Below are positions 13,525-27,965 of a stretch of DNA of 64,000 nt, in pieces. Source of the DNA: Balanoglossus misakiensis (lineage: Eukaryota; Animalia; Hemichordata); the NCBI GenBank assembly GCA_040954595.2, contig CM082588.2, positions 11,297,398-11,361,397 of the forward strand, given 5' to 3'. The translations under genes and the position numbers were made by a program. The notes beneath the pieces were generated by a model. That model was not told the origin of the DNA, ran no database searches, and saw only the letters and a list, made by a program, of their open reading frames with translations. Position 1 is the stretch's first letter; each line of letters opens with the position of its first letter.

Positions 13525-14712
13525 TAGGGTTAGAGATACAGTGTTTTATATTAATATGCATTAATATGAAACTAAAATTTGATGGTTAATTTAAGACCCC
13601 CCTGAGCAATGGTAACCTCGTTAAATATGTGCATATCTAATTCTAGGCTATTCAGCTGAAGTAGAAACCTGGACATGGACAACTTCGGGGTCAAAATCTT
13701 TTGACAAACATTTGTGTGATCTTGGGTAAACTTTGACCTACATTCCTATATTTTAGCATCCGGAGCAGATACAACCTTGACACTTGGAGTGATGGAACTA
13801 TTTGATTGAGTATTATGTCTTGCCTCATTAATTATGTACTTACCTAATGCCAGCCTAACCAATAGGGCTGGAAGTCTGGCTTTTTGGACATGATAAATTT
13901 GAGATCAACATTTTTCTACAGCAGCCAGCCTTCTCTTAAAAAGAATGGACAATATAAAGGCTTTGATGGTATACTGAACTTTTGACTCCCTCCCTGAGAC
14001 TGTGTGCCAATGACGGGATAGCCTACTCAGCGTTGGGTAGATCCTAAGAAGGCCTCAGCCAGGCATCAAATACAAAAAGCGGAAATCCAAGCTTTAATGG
14101 TGGGTTACATCGTTAACTTCCCTGCAGAGCTGATTTCTCAGACTGTGAGCCAATGACGGGTAAAGCCCCTAGGTAGGGGCCACCTAAGACAGGCCGGTCA
14201 TGCTTTAATCACAAAGAAGGGCAAGTTTAGTCTTACCACAACTTTGTCTGCTGTATATGCTTCATTAAGATTGCAGAGTATTTTGAGAATACATTGTGTT
14301 AAGGCAGTGTGACCAGCTAAAAAGTACTGGCAAACACAGCCAATGTGTAATGAAAAACATCTAATTTGGCTGAATAAAAGACATAAAACACAGCAAAAGC
14401 ACTGTGACTAGCTGAGACATAATACTCCATTATGCAGTTCCATCACTCCAAGTGTCAAGGATGTATCTGTGCCGGATGCCAAGATATAGGAATGTAGGTC
14501 AAAGTTTACCCAAGAACACCCAACATTTTGTCAAAAGATTTTGACCCCAAAGTTGTCCATGTCCAGGTTTCTACCGCAACTGGATAGCCTAGAATTAGAT
14601 ATGTACATATTTAATGAGGTTACCATGGATCAAGGCAGTCCTAAGTAAACCATCAAATTTTTAAATTCATGTTAATTCATGTTAATATAAAACGCTGTAT
14701 CTCTAACCCACT
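13525..14712. repeat. Local inverted repeat (arms 13525-13822 / 14413-14712)
   Basis: ccttgacacttggagtgatggaact (13775) vs gttccatcactccaagtgtcaagg (14437); collinear over ~300 bp. Confidence 0.85.
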
Positions 14713-17700
14713 GGTATGCCATTCTGTGTTTCATGCTACCCAATATGGGTAAGTAGGTAAAAAGTCACCCTAGGCCATTTGAAATTTTGCTGAAAAAATC
14801 TCGTCTCTTACATATGTACATTTGGTAAAAGGGAAATTTTAATCACGGAGTAGAACATATTCATAAAAAATATTTGAGGGAAAGAAGGAAGTTTTTCACA
14901 GCTTTGGTGCGTCAAATAGTAGAGAGGTTCCCTTGTTATCCTTAGACTCAAACTCAGAGTTTCCAATCTTTCAGTATTTTCATGATATTACTTTCCATCT
15001 TAGATTTGTTCATCTAAACAAACTGACTGATAGGTATACATGAACATTTTATTGACTAATGAATGTGCCTGTATGTTGCAATTTAAAGAAGTCAGATATT
15101 AAACGAGCGCCACACCTGTTTTAATCAGCCTCCATATGGAGGGTACACATCGCAGAGAAATGACAAACCCCATGCAAATTCAAGTAATATGGCTCAATGG
15201 TGCTGATTTTAAAGGATAGGTGGATGATTTGAAAAATGTTATTGTGGAAAAAGATGTGTAAAATTTGGCAGCTTGTGAGGCTTTAATTGTAAAATCTTTG
15301 AAATGTGTTTTACTCTTTAGGTCCAATTTTGTATATGTCAATATACCATTGGGACCAATGTGAAATTGTTCTAAACTCAGAAACTCAAGAAGGTACTGGT
15401 CAGATTGCTTTAGAAATTGGTGTGTATTTATGTTATTGAGACTTTATACAGATTTTATTTTTCATTTTTGAAGTATATTTTGGGGTGATTTTGGTCGTCA
15501 TATACTCAGAAACCTCTACCCACATTTTTTTTAAAATTTGGTTTGCATGTTCTTAGGTGTGATTTTATGACAATTTAACAAACCCAGTGATGGAAGTGAC
15601 AATATTGTTTTTTTTTTTTTGGCAATTACTGCCATTTTTGTCTGATTGCTTTGCAATTTAGTTTGCAGTTTCTAGGGAATTCTTACTGTGGTGCACAAAA
15701 TTCACAAACGTGATTTACTATCCTCATGCGCTTTGTTGAACTGGCACCCTGTTGCAAAACAGACATTACAACACTCTTTGAATTGAATTCATAGCTACCA
15801 ATTTTTCGGGGGTGTAGCACCTTTTTTATGCCTAAAACTTTGATCGAGAACTTCAAATTAAATGCACCCCTCCAAATATTTGCAATATTTCAGGTATAAT
15901 GATTTAATTTTAAAGCATAAATTTTGATGTATTCATAATCATTAAGAGAAACACATTTTGAAAATAGAATATTAATCACACTAGCAGTCATAATACTTTT
16001 GAATCATCACTTAAGAACATATAGAAAAATTAAACAGGTGTTAATTATTTATATTTGAACGCAAAGCGTAAATTCCCTTGTGCCATGGAATTGACAATCT
16101 GCAACTGGTGGGGTCCTTCTGCCAGTAAAAAGCATCAGATAAATTCTGCATGCTCATCACCGAGGCAATTTAGGTGTACTTTTGTACTTTGAGAACTGTC
16201 GGTTTTCGCAACTGAAACTCTGTTCACAGGACAGAGGAAAAACTAGAATGACAACAGCTATGTAAGCTAACAAAAGAAACACAGAGCATAGTTCTCCATA
16301 CTCACATTTTGATGCAATAATTTTTGCTGAAACTGGGGCGTCCGTGGGCAGGCAAAGGCAGTTCTAACTCGACTTGCAAATAAGGCCCATGTCTCTTGTT
16401 CGCTGAGATTGTCTGGTTCTAATAATAGCTGTAAGAACTTGATCATTGACCGAACTGTTGGTTCAATTTTGCAACATTTTATGATTTCAAGCTGTGCAAT
16501 ATTTGCAACTCAGTTTCAACTTTGGTTGGAGGGATGATGATGAAGCCATTTCACTGACAAAATAGCGCTACTGACTGATGTCAATGTTTGTTTACAGTCA
16601 AATGCATTGCCATCATAAAAATACATGTGAGAAATTTCCTATGTGTATGATACACACTTTTGTGCATGACTGCAAACTCTGTTACAGTTGTGAAATTCTA
16701 AGGGTTGAATTCATTGGGTAGAATTCATGTTTTTTGGATTCTTAAACAACCAGTCACGAAAGCTAAGTGGTTACCTCAGAGAAACTGTGTTAAATTTGGT
16801 CATCAATTGCTTTAAATCACACAAGACATTCCCAGAGCTAAAGTTACTGCAGCAGTCAGTTTCAACTCAGCTTGCAAATTGGGATCATGTCTTGTGTTCA
16901 TCGAGACTGTCTGTAGTCGAGTTGACAGTCCTATGGGGTCAATGATGAACCTACAAATGTTCTTTCCAATGAAATTGTTATAAATCTAATATTCAGGATT
17001 TGCATTCATACCTTAAACAATATAACTGTATTGCAAATATGGCAACTCTTCTAAGTTGCATTGGAACACCTTCTCGCCACTGTTTGTGCCAAAATGGTGA
17101 ATAAGCTTTCATTTTCAAGCCTTAACATAGGCACCCAAAACAAGACAACAGCATTGCAAATATGGCATTTTTTGTTCAACTCTTCTCATTTGCATAGTCC
17201 AAAATGGCCGCCAAACTCCTCTAACATGTAAATTTCCTATGGTCGTCTTAAATAGTGTGTAGTATCGCATTTGAAGGGTTTTTCATCAATATGGGTACCT
17301 AAAACAATTTCAACGTGGTTGACATTGCAATGTTATACAGCTGTTCTAATTTGCATAATCTAGAATGGCCGACAAACTTCTCTAACATGTAAATTTACTA
17401 TGGTTGTCTTTAATAGTGTGTAATATCGCATTTGCAGGGTTTTCATCAATATGGGTACCTAAAACAATTTCAACGTCGTTGACATGGCAATATTAGACAG
17501 CTGTTCTAATTTGCATAATCCAAAATGGCCACCAAACTCTTCTTAAATGTAAATTTCCCTGTTTTGTCTTATATGGTGCCTAAAATCGCATTTGCAGGGT
17601 TTTCATCAATATGGGTAACTAAAACAATTTCAGCGTGGTTGACATGGCAATATTAGACAACTGTTCTAATTTGCATAATCCAAATGGCCGACAAACTTCT

Positions 17701-18441
17701 CTAACATGTAAATTTCCCTGGTTTGTCTTATATGGTGTGTAATATCGCATTTTCACGGTTTTAATTAATATGGGTACCTAAAACAATTTCAACGTGGTTG
17801 ACATGGCAATATTAGACAACTGTTCTAATTTGCATAATTCGAACACCTGCTGGATAATTTAATTTTTGCCCTTCTTGTCCCATGATTATATGTGTAATAT
17901 CTCATTTTCAATGTGTTTACATGTATATATGCAGAATCCATTTCAAACTAAGTGGGCATATTGTAGCGCCAATCTTATTTCTTAATCCGCACCACAGAAC
18001 TGATGCAAGGTTTAGGACTGGAAATGTATGTGGCCACTGGCCGACACCCCGGGCGAGAGGTCTCCAATTATTTTCAGCATGTAGTGTGCTTCCCGGTTGA
18101 TAACATCAATATGTGTAAATGCCAAAAACCCGACCTATTGTAATACCAGTCAAATTTTCTTTGTCATTTACCATTTTTCTCTTGCATATGAAGGTTTTTC
18201 TTAAAGAGTACATACCCATATACATTTGTATGGGAGCACACATCCCCACCCCCTGCCAACAATAATTGGACAACTTTATTCTTCTTATACTTCTTTTTAG
18301 TCTAAACATTCATATAGAGAAGGCAACATGTTCTTGAAGCTGCTGACTATGGAAATATGATGAAGTACATTTTCCTAGTTGTACATGTACAGTATGATAG
18401 GCCCAATGTACCAATTGGAGATGTGTGCCTTACAGGCAACA
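13966..18441 (+). repeat. Left arm of giant inverted repeat D
   Basis: Block-by-block collinear with the reverse complement of 56246-64000, e.g. 13966-14760 vs 63200-64000, 15000-15420 vs 62530-62950, 16000-16930 vs 57330-59050, 18200-18441 vs 56246-56480. Confidence 0.85.
17185..17842 (+). repeat. ~160 bp tandem repeat, ~4 copies
   Basis: atatgggta recurs at ~17289, 17449, 17609 and 17768. Units carry ATTTGCAT and a (A)AATGGCC-type motif. Fewer copies at 56920-57150 (inverted) and degenerate copies at 55370-55700. Confidence 0.9.
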
Positions 18442-18448
18442 TACATGT

Positions 18449-21400
18449 AGCTCTGCATGGCCTGGTTAATCAATGTTGACGCAAAGGTTGACCCTACCAA
18501 ACACTCAAAATTAATAGGCACGACACTGGCCACTAGCTCTGCATGGCCTGGTTAATCAATGTTGACGCAAAGGTTGACCCCACCAAACACTCAAAATTGA
18601 TGGGCACGACACTGGCCACTAGCTCTGCATGGCCTGGTTAATCAATGTTGACGCAAAGGTTGACCCCACCAAACACTCAAAATTGATGGGCACGACACTG
18701 GCCACTAGCTCTGCATGGCCTGGTTAATCAATGTTGACGCAAAGGTTGACCCCACCAAACACTCAAAATTGATGGGCACGACACTGGCCACTAGCTCTGC
18801 ATGGCCTGGTTAATCAATGTTGACGCAAAGGTTGACCCCACCAAACACTCAAAATTGATGGGCACGACACTGGCCACTAGCTCTGCATGGCCTGGTTAAT
18901 CAATGTTGACGCAAAGGTTGACCCCACCAAACACTCAAAATTGATGGGCACGACACTGGCCACTACAATGTAGCTCTGCATGGCCTGGTTAATCAATGTT
19001 GACGCAAAGGTTGACCCCACCAAACACTCAAAATTGATGGGCACGACACTGGCCACTAGCTCTGCATGGCCTGGTTAATCAATGTTGACGCAAAGGTTGA
19101 CCCCACCAAACACTCAAAATTGATGGGCACGACACTGGCCACTACAATGTAGCTCTGCATGGCCTGGTTAATCAATGTTGACGCAAAGGTTGACCTCACC
19201 AAACACTCAAAATTGATGGGCACGACACTGGCCACTAGCTCTGGCCTGGCTAATCAATGTTGACGCAAGGGTTGACCCCACCAAACACTCAAAATTAATG
19301 GGCGCGACACTGGCCACTAGCTCTGGCCTGGCTAATCAATGTTGACGCAAGGGTTGACCCCACCAAACACTCAAAATTGATGGGCACGACACTGGCCACT
19401 AGCTCTGGCGTGGCTAATCAAGGTTGACGCAAAGGTTGACCCCACCAAACACTCAAAATTGATGGGCGCGACACTGGCCACTAGCTCTGGCGTGGCTAAT
19501 CAAGGTTGACGCAAAGGTTGACCCCACCAAACACTCAAAATTGATGGGCACGACACTGGCCACTAGCTCTGGCCTGGCTAATCCAGGTTGACGCAAGGGT
19601 TAACCCCACCAAACACTCAAAATTAATGGGCGCGACACTGGCCACTAAGCTCTGGCCTGGCTAATCAATGTTGACGCAAGGGTTGACCCCACCAAACACT
19701 CAAAATTGATGGGCACGACACTGGCCACTAGCTCTGGCCTGGCTAATCAAGGTTGACGCAAGGGTTGACCCCACCAAACACTCAAAATTGATGGGCACGA
19801 CACTGGCCACTAAGCTCTGGCCTGGTTAATCAATGTTGAAGCAAAGGTTGACCCCACCAAACACTCAAAATTAATGGGAACGACACTGGCCACTAGCTCT
19901 GCATGGCCTGGTTAATCAATGTTGACGCAAAGGTTGACCCCACCAAACACTCAAAATTAATGGGCACGACACTGGCCACTAGCTCTGGCCTGGCTAATCA
20001 AGGTTGACGCAAGGGTTAACCCCACCAAACACTCAAAATTAATGGGCGCGACACTGGCCACTAAGCTCTGGCCTGGCTAATCAATGTTGACGCAAGGGTT
20101 GACCCCACCAAACACTCAAAATTGATGGGCACGACACTGGCCACTAGCTCTGGCCTGGCTAATCAAGGTTGACGCAAGGGTTGACCCCACCAAACACTCA
20201 AAATTGATGGGCACGACACTGGCCACTAAGCTCTGGCCTGGTTAATCAATGTTGAAGCAAAGGTTGACCCCACCAAACACTCAAAATTAATGGGAACGAC
20301 ACTGGCCACTAGCTCTGGCCTGGCTAATCAATGTTGACGCAAGGGTTGACCCCACCAAACACTCAAAATTGATGGGCACGACACTGGCCACTAGCTCTGG
20401 CCTGGCTAATCAATGTTGACACAAGGGTTGACCCCACCAAACACTCAAAATTGATGGGCACGACACTGGCCACTAGCTCTGGCCTGGCTAATCAATGTTG
20501 ACGCAAGGGTTGACCCCACCAAACACTCAAAATTGATGGGCACGACACTGGCCACTAGCTCTGGCCTGGCTAATCAATGTTGACACAAGGGTTGACCCCA
20601 CCAAACACTCAAAATTGATGGGCACGACACTGGCCACTAGCTCTGGCCTGGCTAATCAATGTTGACGCAAGGGTTGACCCCACCAAACACTCAAAATTGA
20701 TGGGCGCGACACTGGCCACTAGCTCTGGCCTGGCTAATCAATGTTGACGCAAGGGTTGACCCCACCAAACACTCAAAATTTGTGGGCACGACACTGGCCA
20801 CTAGCTCTGCCGTGGCTAATCAAGGTTGACGCAAAGGTTGACCCCACCAAACACTCAAAATTGATGGGCGCGACACTGGCCCCTAGCTCTGGCCTGGCTA
20901 ATCCAGGTTGACACAAGGGTTAACCCCACCAAACACTCAAAATTAATGGGCGCGACACTGGCCACTAAGCTCTGGCCTGGCTAATCAATGTTGACGCAAG
21001 GGTTGACCCCACCAAACACTCATAATTGATGGGCACGACACTGGCCACTAGCTCTGGCCTGGCTAATCAAGGTTGACGCAAGGGTTGACCCCACCAAACA
21101 CTCAAAATTAATGGGCGCGACACTGGCCACTAAGCTCTGGCCTGGTTAATCAATGTTGAAGCAAAGGTTGACCCCACCAAACACTCAAAATTAATGGGAA
21201 CGACACTGGCCACTAGCTCTGCATGGCCTGGTTTATCAATGTTGACGCAAAGGTTGACCCCACCAAACACTCAAAATTAATGGGCACGACACTGGCCACT
21301 AGCTCTGCATGGCCTGGTTAATCAATGTTGACGCAAAGGTTGACCCCACCAAACACTCAAAATTAATGGGCACGACACTGGCCACTAGCTCTGCATGGCC

Positions 21401-21816
21401 TGGTTAATCAATGTTGACGCAAAGGTTGACCCCACCAAACACTCAAAATTAATGGGCACGACACTGGCTACTAGCTCTGCATGGCATGGTTAATCAATGT
21501 TGACGCAAAGGTTGACCCCACCAAACACTCAAAATTAATGGGAACGACACTGGCCACTAGCTCTGCATGGCCTGGTTAATCAATGTTGACGCAAAGGTTG
21601 ACCCCACCAAACACTAAAAATTAATGGCCACGACACTGGCCACTAGCTCTGCATGGCCTGGTTAATCAATGTTGACGCAAAGGTTGACCCCACCAAACAC
21701 TCAAAATTAATGGGCACGACACTGGCCACTAGCTCTGCATGGCCTGGTTAATCAATGTTAACGCAAAGGTTGACCCCACCAAACACTCAAAATTAATGGG
21801 CACGACACTGGCCACT
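18449..21816 (+). repeat. Minisatellite array, 82-86 bp unit, ~40 copies
   Basis: Unit tagctctgcatggcctggttaatcaatgttgacgcaaaggttgaccccaccaaacactcaaaattgatgggcacgacactggccac; no unique spacers. Confidence 0.97.
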
Positions 21817-22815
21817 ACATGTATTTGTGATATTTTACATGGTTAACCACGCCTTGAGAAAAGTAATTATAAGAGAACTTTGTTTCCAAAGTTAGGGGAG
21901 AATAATATAACGGGAGATGGGAGTACCTCAGGCTACTGAGCTCGTTCCCTTCCTCATGTACTTTACTGGGCGTATTTGATGTACTATAATAATTCCGGAC
22001 AATAAATGAACGTAAATCAGATACGTTTCTCCGTGGATCACGGTTCTCGTCAGAGCCCGTTACCTCATCGCTACAGATTCCCCGATGCATGAACAATCAT
22101 GAGAAACCAGCGGTAATACAAGTGTCACGATTGAGTTTTAACGATCATAGATCTTGTTTATGATTACGTAAGAAGTCATTCACTTATATGGTTTTAGTCC
22201 AGTATTGACATTGGTACTTGACCCAGAGTAAACAAGATTGTGTAATTGATACATGTCAGAACGAGATAGAGATATCACGCGCTAAGTTCATGTTTAAGAA
22301 ATATCAAGATGACGTGTTCCTTTTATGACTTAATACTTGACTAACGTATTAATAAGGTGTGGTGAAATTTGAGATCACACATTTATCACCGGAGATCCGT
22401 GATGGGAGTCAACGAGCATGGATCGAGTCGTGTAATTCTTACGTGTGACCAGTAATAAACCAGAACTTTGTGTTACTCGGAAAACTTCTTGCAAGTCTCT
22501 GTCTACGAAAGGTTTACGATCTGCCGGGTACCTCTCTCGGACTTTATGAATATGTTGGGTGGAGAAGGAGATGGAGAGAATGTACGCCGTCAGCTTTCGG
22601 ACGTGGCTGATTCCCCACAGAAGCCGATGAGGTAAACGTCCGGAGGACGACCGGCCGTAACAACAAACTGCATGCATTAAAGTTCAACAATCCTTAGAAG
22701 ACAGGAACGTCAGAGGTTGAATCTTGATGGGAAAAGGCGAGGTATCGCTGGTTATCATCGGCGTACTGATGAAATTGTAGGATGTGGGGACGAATCGGTT
22801 TACTATAAAGTGGGG

Positions 22816-22995
22816 CTATATAAATGGTGAACAACAGAGGGGCAGTGGCACCCCGTATACGAGAGGTGACTGTGAACTTGCAGTGTTTTCGATGATTACA
22901 GTTTGATATCTATATTGAAGGTAAGATGTAAACCATGTTAGTACTGTGTCTGAGATGCCAAGGTTCGATAGTCTACAAAGAAGTATCCCGTGATG
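22816..22995 (-). mobile_element. Non-LTR retrotransposon (L2/CR1-group) reverse transcriptase fragment
   Basis: HGILLCRLSNLGISDTVLTWFTSYLQYRYQTVII..SS..LVYGVP matches the LINE RT segment leading into GVPQGSVLGP; truncated and frameshifted. Confidence 0.85.
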
Positions 22996-25612
22996 CAAAT
23001 GTACAACTGAAGAAAAAAGGAATCACAAATCTTAAAACTAAGATGCCGTTAAGAATTAAATTTCGCGAAAAGGAAGTGACGAAATACGTACATTTTCAGG
23101 TGCTCTACAACAAGTAGTCTCCCTATCATCCCTATTGGAGCATGCAGCTAAAATTTACCATGACGTCATTGATTCTACGCGAACGTTTTTCTAATGGCGA
23201 TAAACATATTTTGTATAACTTGTGCTCAAACGCCCGTGAATCTCACTCGCAAAAATTCACAAGTGGCGCATACAACACTAGGAAGAAAATTGTTTAGCAG
23301 TCTATAGAGTTTGTGACCTGAGATTTGGAAGTAAAAGTTAAACTTGAGACAGAAGTGATTGAAGAGTAAAGAAACTTTTGAAGTGTTAAGAAAGTTATCG
23401 CATTCCTGATGAAAAGAAAAGAAAATACAATACATTCATTGTTTTAAGGAACACAAGGAAGACAAGTACTATGCAATCAGAGTATGCATGGATCATTCAT
23501 CTAAAAATATATCTCCGCGTCTTTTGGCGGGTAAAAATAAAATGCTGGAACGGTCTTTTGGATGGCGGACTATTTGTGTCCTTCTTGTCCTCCGAACGCA
23601 AGTGGTCGAGTAGGTTTATTTCATTAAATTCTTATATTCTCAGTTGCTACCATAAATACCCAGTGTTCGTGTCGATGTATCTGGACGTCAGCACGATTCC
23701 ATATAGGTACCTCTCAGTATTAGCCAAGCGAGTTATCCCCATCGATAGAGTTTAATTCCCCGTTACATTCCCAACACCAATCCTCCCGCGTGACATTGAG
23801 GTTGAAGGTATACAAGCCTTAGGAATCATGCAACCATCCAGAAAGTGTAATAAATTTTGAAGCTATGATGTGAGTTTTCAGTTCGTTTCTTCTTTTGATT
23901 TGTTGATGTAACATTGTGCGTTTTAAATAAAAGATAAAAAAATGTACAGCAATGACGTCACAAAATTCACTGGTATTGATAAAGCTATATTATATCATAT
24001 ATTATATGTGTTAAATACTACCGTATCTCATTATTGCAGTATTTCGTGCTTTAACACAAAATACGCGAATAGGGTTTAATACAAAACTAAATGACACAAT
24101 TTCTGTTTCTTTGCCAAAATTCTTAATCACAAGATCAACCCATCCTTACGCCTCTACTCTATTGCTAAGAGAAACCAGCGTCCGTAACATGCATTGTGAA
24201 ACCCCTCAACAACATGCATGTCAACACTTCATTTTTTCTCCAGCATTGTCAGTTTGGTACTCTGACAACTCACGGGGCATCATGGGACAATATTAAAGCT
24301 GATTCAGTGTTTATGTGCATAAAACACACGGCGGTGGAAACATTCGTTTTAAATTATTGTGGACGCGCGCACGCCCTTGTCTGTGTACAGGTACTTGATG
24401 CTTGTCTACAGTCACGTGAAACGCTGTTGGTAGTACCCTAGAAGATAGATATCTTTAATCAGAACTTTGGTAAGGAAGGTTTGAGAAGTCCATTCTATGT
24501 AAAGAAAGTTTAAGAAGTGTGTTACCAAAGGGTGTGGGGGTGGCTGGGGGGTCATCAATATATCACTCTGCATCACGTTCACAGAAAAGGTCGCGACACG
24601 CCCACAAATCCACTCACGACTTGCGTCACCGGTTACAGGAGTTCGTACAAAAGTGTGGTTTATGCACATTTACACTGAATCAGTTTTTTTGGCCCATGAT
24701 GCCCATGGGCAAATACAGGCCACGATGCCTCCAGAATGATGATGGCAATGATGGTGATGATGATGATTGTGGTGGTGGTGGTGGTGGTGATTGAGCTTTA
24801 ATTTCCCTTTCTTCCTGTCTAACCACTTCCTCTCTCACCTTCACTTATTCGGTCTCTCCCCTCCCCTTCTGTCAAAGTCCTCCCCTCATTCCCTTTCCAT
24901 CCTGACATTCTCATTTCCGCCCTCTTGCTTTTCTTCTCCTTTCTCACATTCCTTTTCTCACCTCTCCCCCCCCTCCGTAACATGTTATGTAATATATAAA
25001 GTAAAAAAGTCCAAAGCATGATGTTATCACAGATGACATTTGGAATGTATTATTGTACTATGTGGTTTAATTTCAAACATAGTGGAGTTATTTATTGGCC
25101 AGTATTTAAGCATGTTTAAAGAAGTCAAACAGCATAATAGGCACATTTCATATCAAACAAAATTGATCAAATAAGCTCAAAAGAGGATTTGAACAATTTG
25201 TCCCTTTAAGTAATGTTCAATATTAGATTTACACTTGTGATTGTATGTCATCTCCCTTTTGTTAGAAACCTCACAGTCATATAATAAACAGGTGACCTGA
25301 CAATCATTTGAAATACCAAACTTCGGCAGCTATTCCAGTTTGGTCCAAAAACCTAATTTTAACTGGCACCTCAACTTTAGGACTATTATGGATGTTGCTG
25401 AAACTTCAAGTGGGCTGCTTGTGAAGAGGAAGACGTGGAGTGTCTCTCAGACAACGCTGTGCTCAGTCAGAGATAAAGTCAAAATATGGATTTGACTTGC
25501 AACAGTAATTTGTTAGTTAAGTCAAATTCAACTTAAATCTGTCTCTTTGGGTCAGTCTTAACGGGTGTAGCATGCTGGAAGGGTGTGCTTACCCATTTCC
25601 GACACCTAGTAC

Positions 25613-26062
25613 CACAGGGGGCTGCAAACATGAAAGTTATAAATGGCGAAGTACGTTCCATTCTGCGTTTTCCCAACCTGTCTTATCATTTGCTAATCCA
25701 GAATAAAAGCTATCCATTTCCCATTAATCACCTGCTAACGACTTAATCTGTGTGCCCCATCCACGGATTAAGTTAATAAAGTAAACATCGGTCAGCGAGT
25801 ACTGGGTATTCTCTTACCAAGTGAGAACTGACCGATGTTTACTTAATCCACTAAATCCGTGGATGGGGCACACAGATTAAGTCGTTAGCAGGTGCTTAAT
25901 GGGAAATGCAATAGTTTGTATTCTGGATTAGCAACTGCTAAGACAGGTGGAGGTAACACAGAAAAATAAACAAGCGCAAAGACTGTTCATCAATTAATGT
26001 TTATTGGGGGAAAATGCAGGAACTCCGCCATTTATAACTTTCATGTTTGCAGCCCCCCTGTG
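25613..26062. mobile_element. Palindromic (hairpin) MITE
   Basis: cacagggggctgcaaacatgaaagttataaatggcg ... cgccatttataactttcatgtttgcagcccccctgtg; the arms pair almost to the centre (~25800-25825). Confidence 0.8.
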
Positions 26063-27700
26063 CGAGTACTACCACTTAGCAGTGGTTCAAGATGATCCTG
26101 TTGAAATTGTAAGTTTTTTCTCTTATTTCTTTTTTGAACCTGGACCTGGTAATTAGCTTAGCTTTAGTAATATTGATTATTGGACCTGGTTTGATGTCTT
26201 ATTATAACAACTACAGAAGAATCTCTGGACACAGTGAAATACACTCCAGGGTTATGGTAATGACTGACAAATTGTCAGTTTAAAAAAGTAGACAAAGAAC
26301 TCAGTTAAATATTATAATAAAAATATGCTTTAATATAAGGAAAAGGTGCAATTGATATACTTGTAATTAAAACTTAAATATAATGATGAAATTCTTCAAC
26401 TGTTCTGTAGTTGCACCAGTATTTGTATAAGCTAAAAATGTTGACTTCTGGCAGGACAACTCAAACAGATATTAAACTTATTTATAGTACTTCCACTTCA
26501 TGACTTTGTTCAAAAATTTCCCAAACTTATTTCATTGTTGATGAGTTGTCACCTCCGAACAACACAAAAAGGAACAGTTTGTATAAAAAAGTAATTTTGC
26601 ATGAATCTTAAACATACATGCACAAGTTGAGTGAATAACACAATATAATCATATTCTACAATGAATTACAATATCAAGATTAAGGGTTTCACATATGACA
26701 TTACATTGCTACATTTTATATACATGAATTTAATTTGAAAAATTTCCATTGATCTATAACACCATGAATAATATAAAAATATGCGAATAAATACTTTGAA
26801 TTATTATATATACATGTCAGGTCTCAAAGTGAGTAACTATATTTCCATTCACCTATGAACTGGTTATTAACCAAATGAAATGATAGGATCTTTTATTTTG
26901 AGGATCTTATAATTGTGATCATACACATCCATATTCCAAAATTCACATGCCAAACAAATATCAGATTTATACGGCCAGATGTAAAGACAGTACAAGGGGC
27001 AAAAAAATTGATAATAGTTAATCATCATCTCCCTTCTTTTACAGTCTTGGAGAATGGTGACGGTTGAAGTCAAATTAAAGAAAAATATCAAGAAAAATAT
27101 CAAAATTTGAAGCACTAATTCAGGAGGATATATATCATCGGGAGGTAGTCACTGAATATATTGAGAGAAATAATTCATAATCTATGCATTTGGATGAAAA
27201 GACCTTCTACCTGATCAAGTTAAGGATAAATGCTGCCTTGTATGGATACAGAAGCAAGTCAGCATGCAAAGGGAGAGCTGAATTGGTACACAGTTAAATT
27301 TGTCCTCCAAATTCAACAAAAATATGTTGTTGTTTAGGAATTCTCGTATTATCATATCTTTTTCATTACACAATACCTTATAATAAGTCATAACAAATTT
27401 TTAAGGAAAATTCTTTAAAATATGTAAAATATATAGCCTTATAACCAACATACTTTAAAGATGATTATTTATGATCATTTCATTCAGATGTTGCTAAGAG
27501 TGTAATAATAAAGATCTGTTTCACTCCAACCAATTTAATGTGCGCTTATCACAGTACTGTCGTCTGACAAAGCATAACTATTATTGTTATCATTTATGGG
27601 ATTATACCAAGCTTATCACAGTACTGTGTCAACTCACAAAATGAAACCATTCTAGTTATCATTTGAATTATACCATACATGTACACACAGAGATGGCACA

Positions 27701-27965
27701 TTAGAAGTATCTGTCTCCGTGACTCTCATGAAATAGTTCATTTCTACTCTTAAGAGGCCTTGGTCTCCATTCCTCACTTCCACTGGCACTACCACTGTCG
27801 CCACTATACATGGGATTGTAGTGATAGATTTCTCTGAAGGCTTCCTCATCTTCCACACTTTTCCCTGCCTTGCTATCAACATCATCTGTATCATCAAACC
27901 AATGGATATCCATAGTTGCCTCTTGTTCTTCCCAGCCTGGATGTTTCTTTCCTCCAAGAGCACAC
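27701..27965 (-). CDS. Last coding exon: cytoplasmic tail with NPxY motif
   Basis: Phase-2 join via ttcag; CALGGKKHPGWEEQE..HYNPMYSGDSG..GDRYF*. Confidence 0.8.

Noticed and set aside
18449-21816. Possible CRISPR array
   Set aside because: Whole units repeat with no unique spacers, there are no cas genes, and the context is eukaryotic
21830-22810. Possible LTR retrotransposon remnant
   Set aside because: No paired LTR, PBS or recognisable gag/pol motif found
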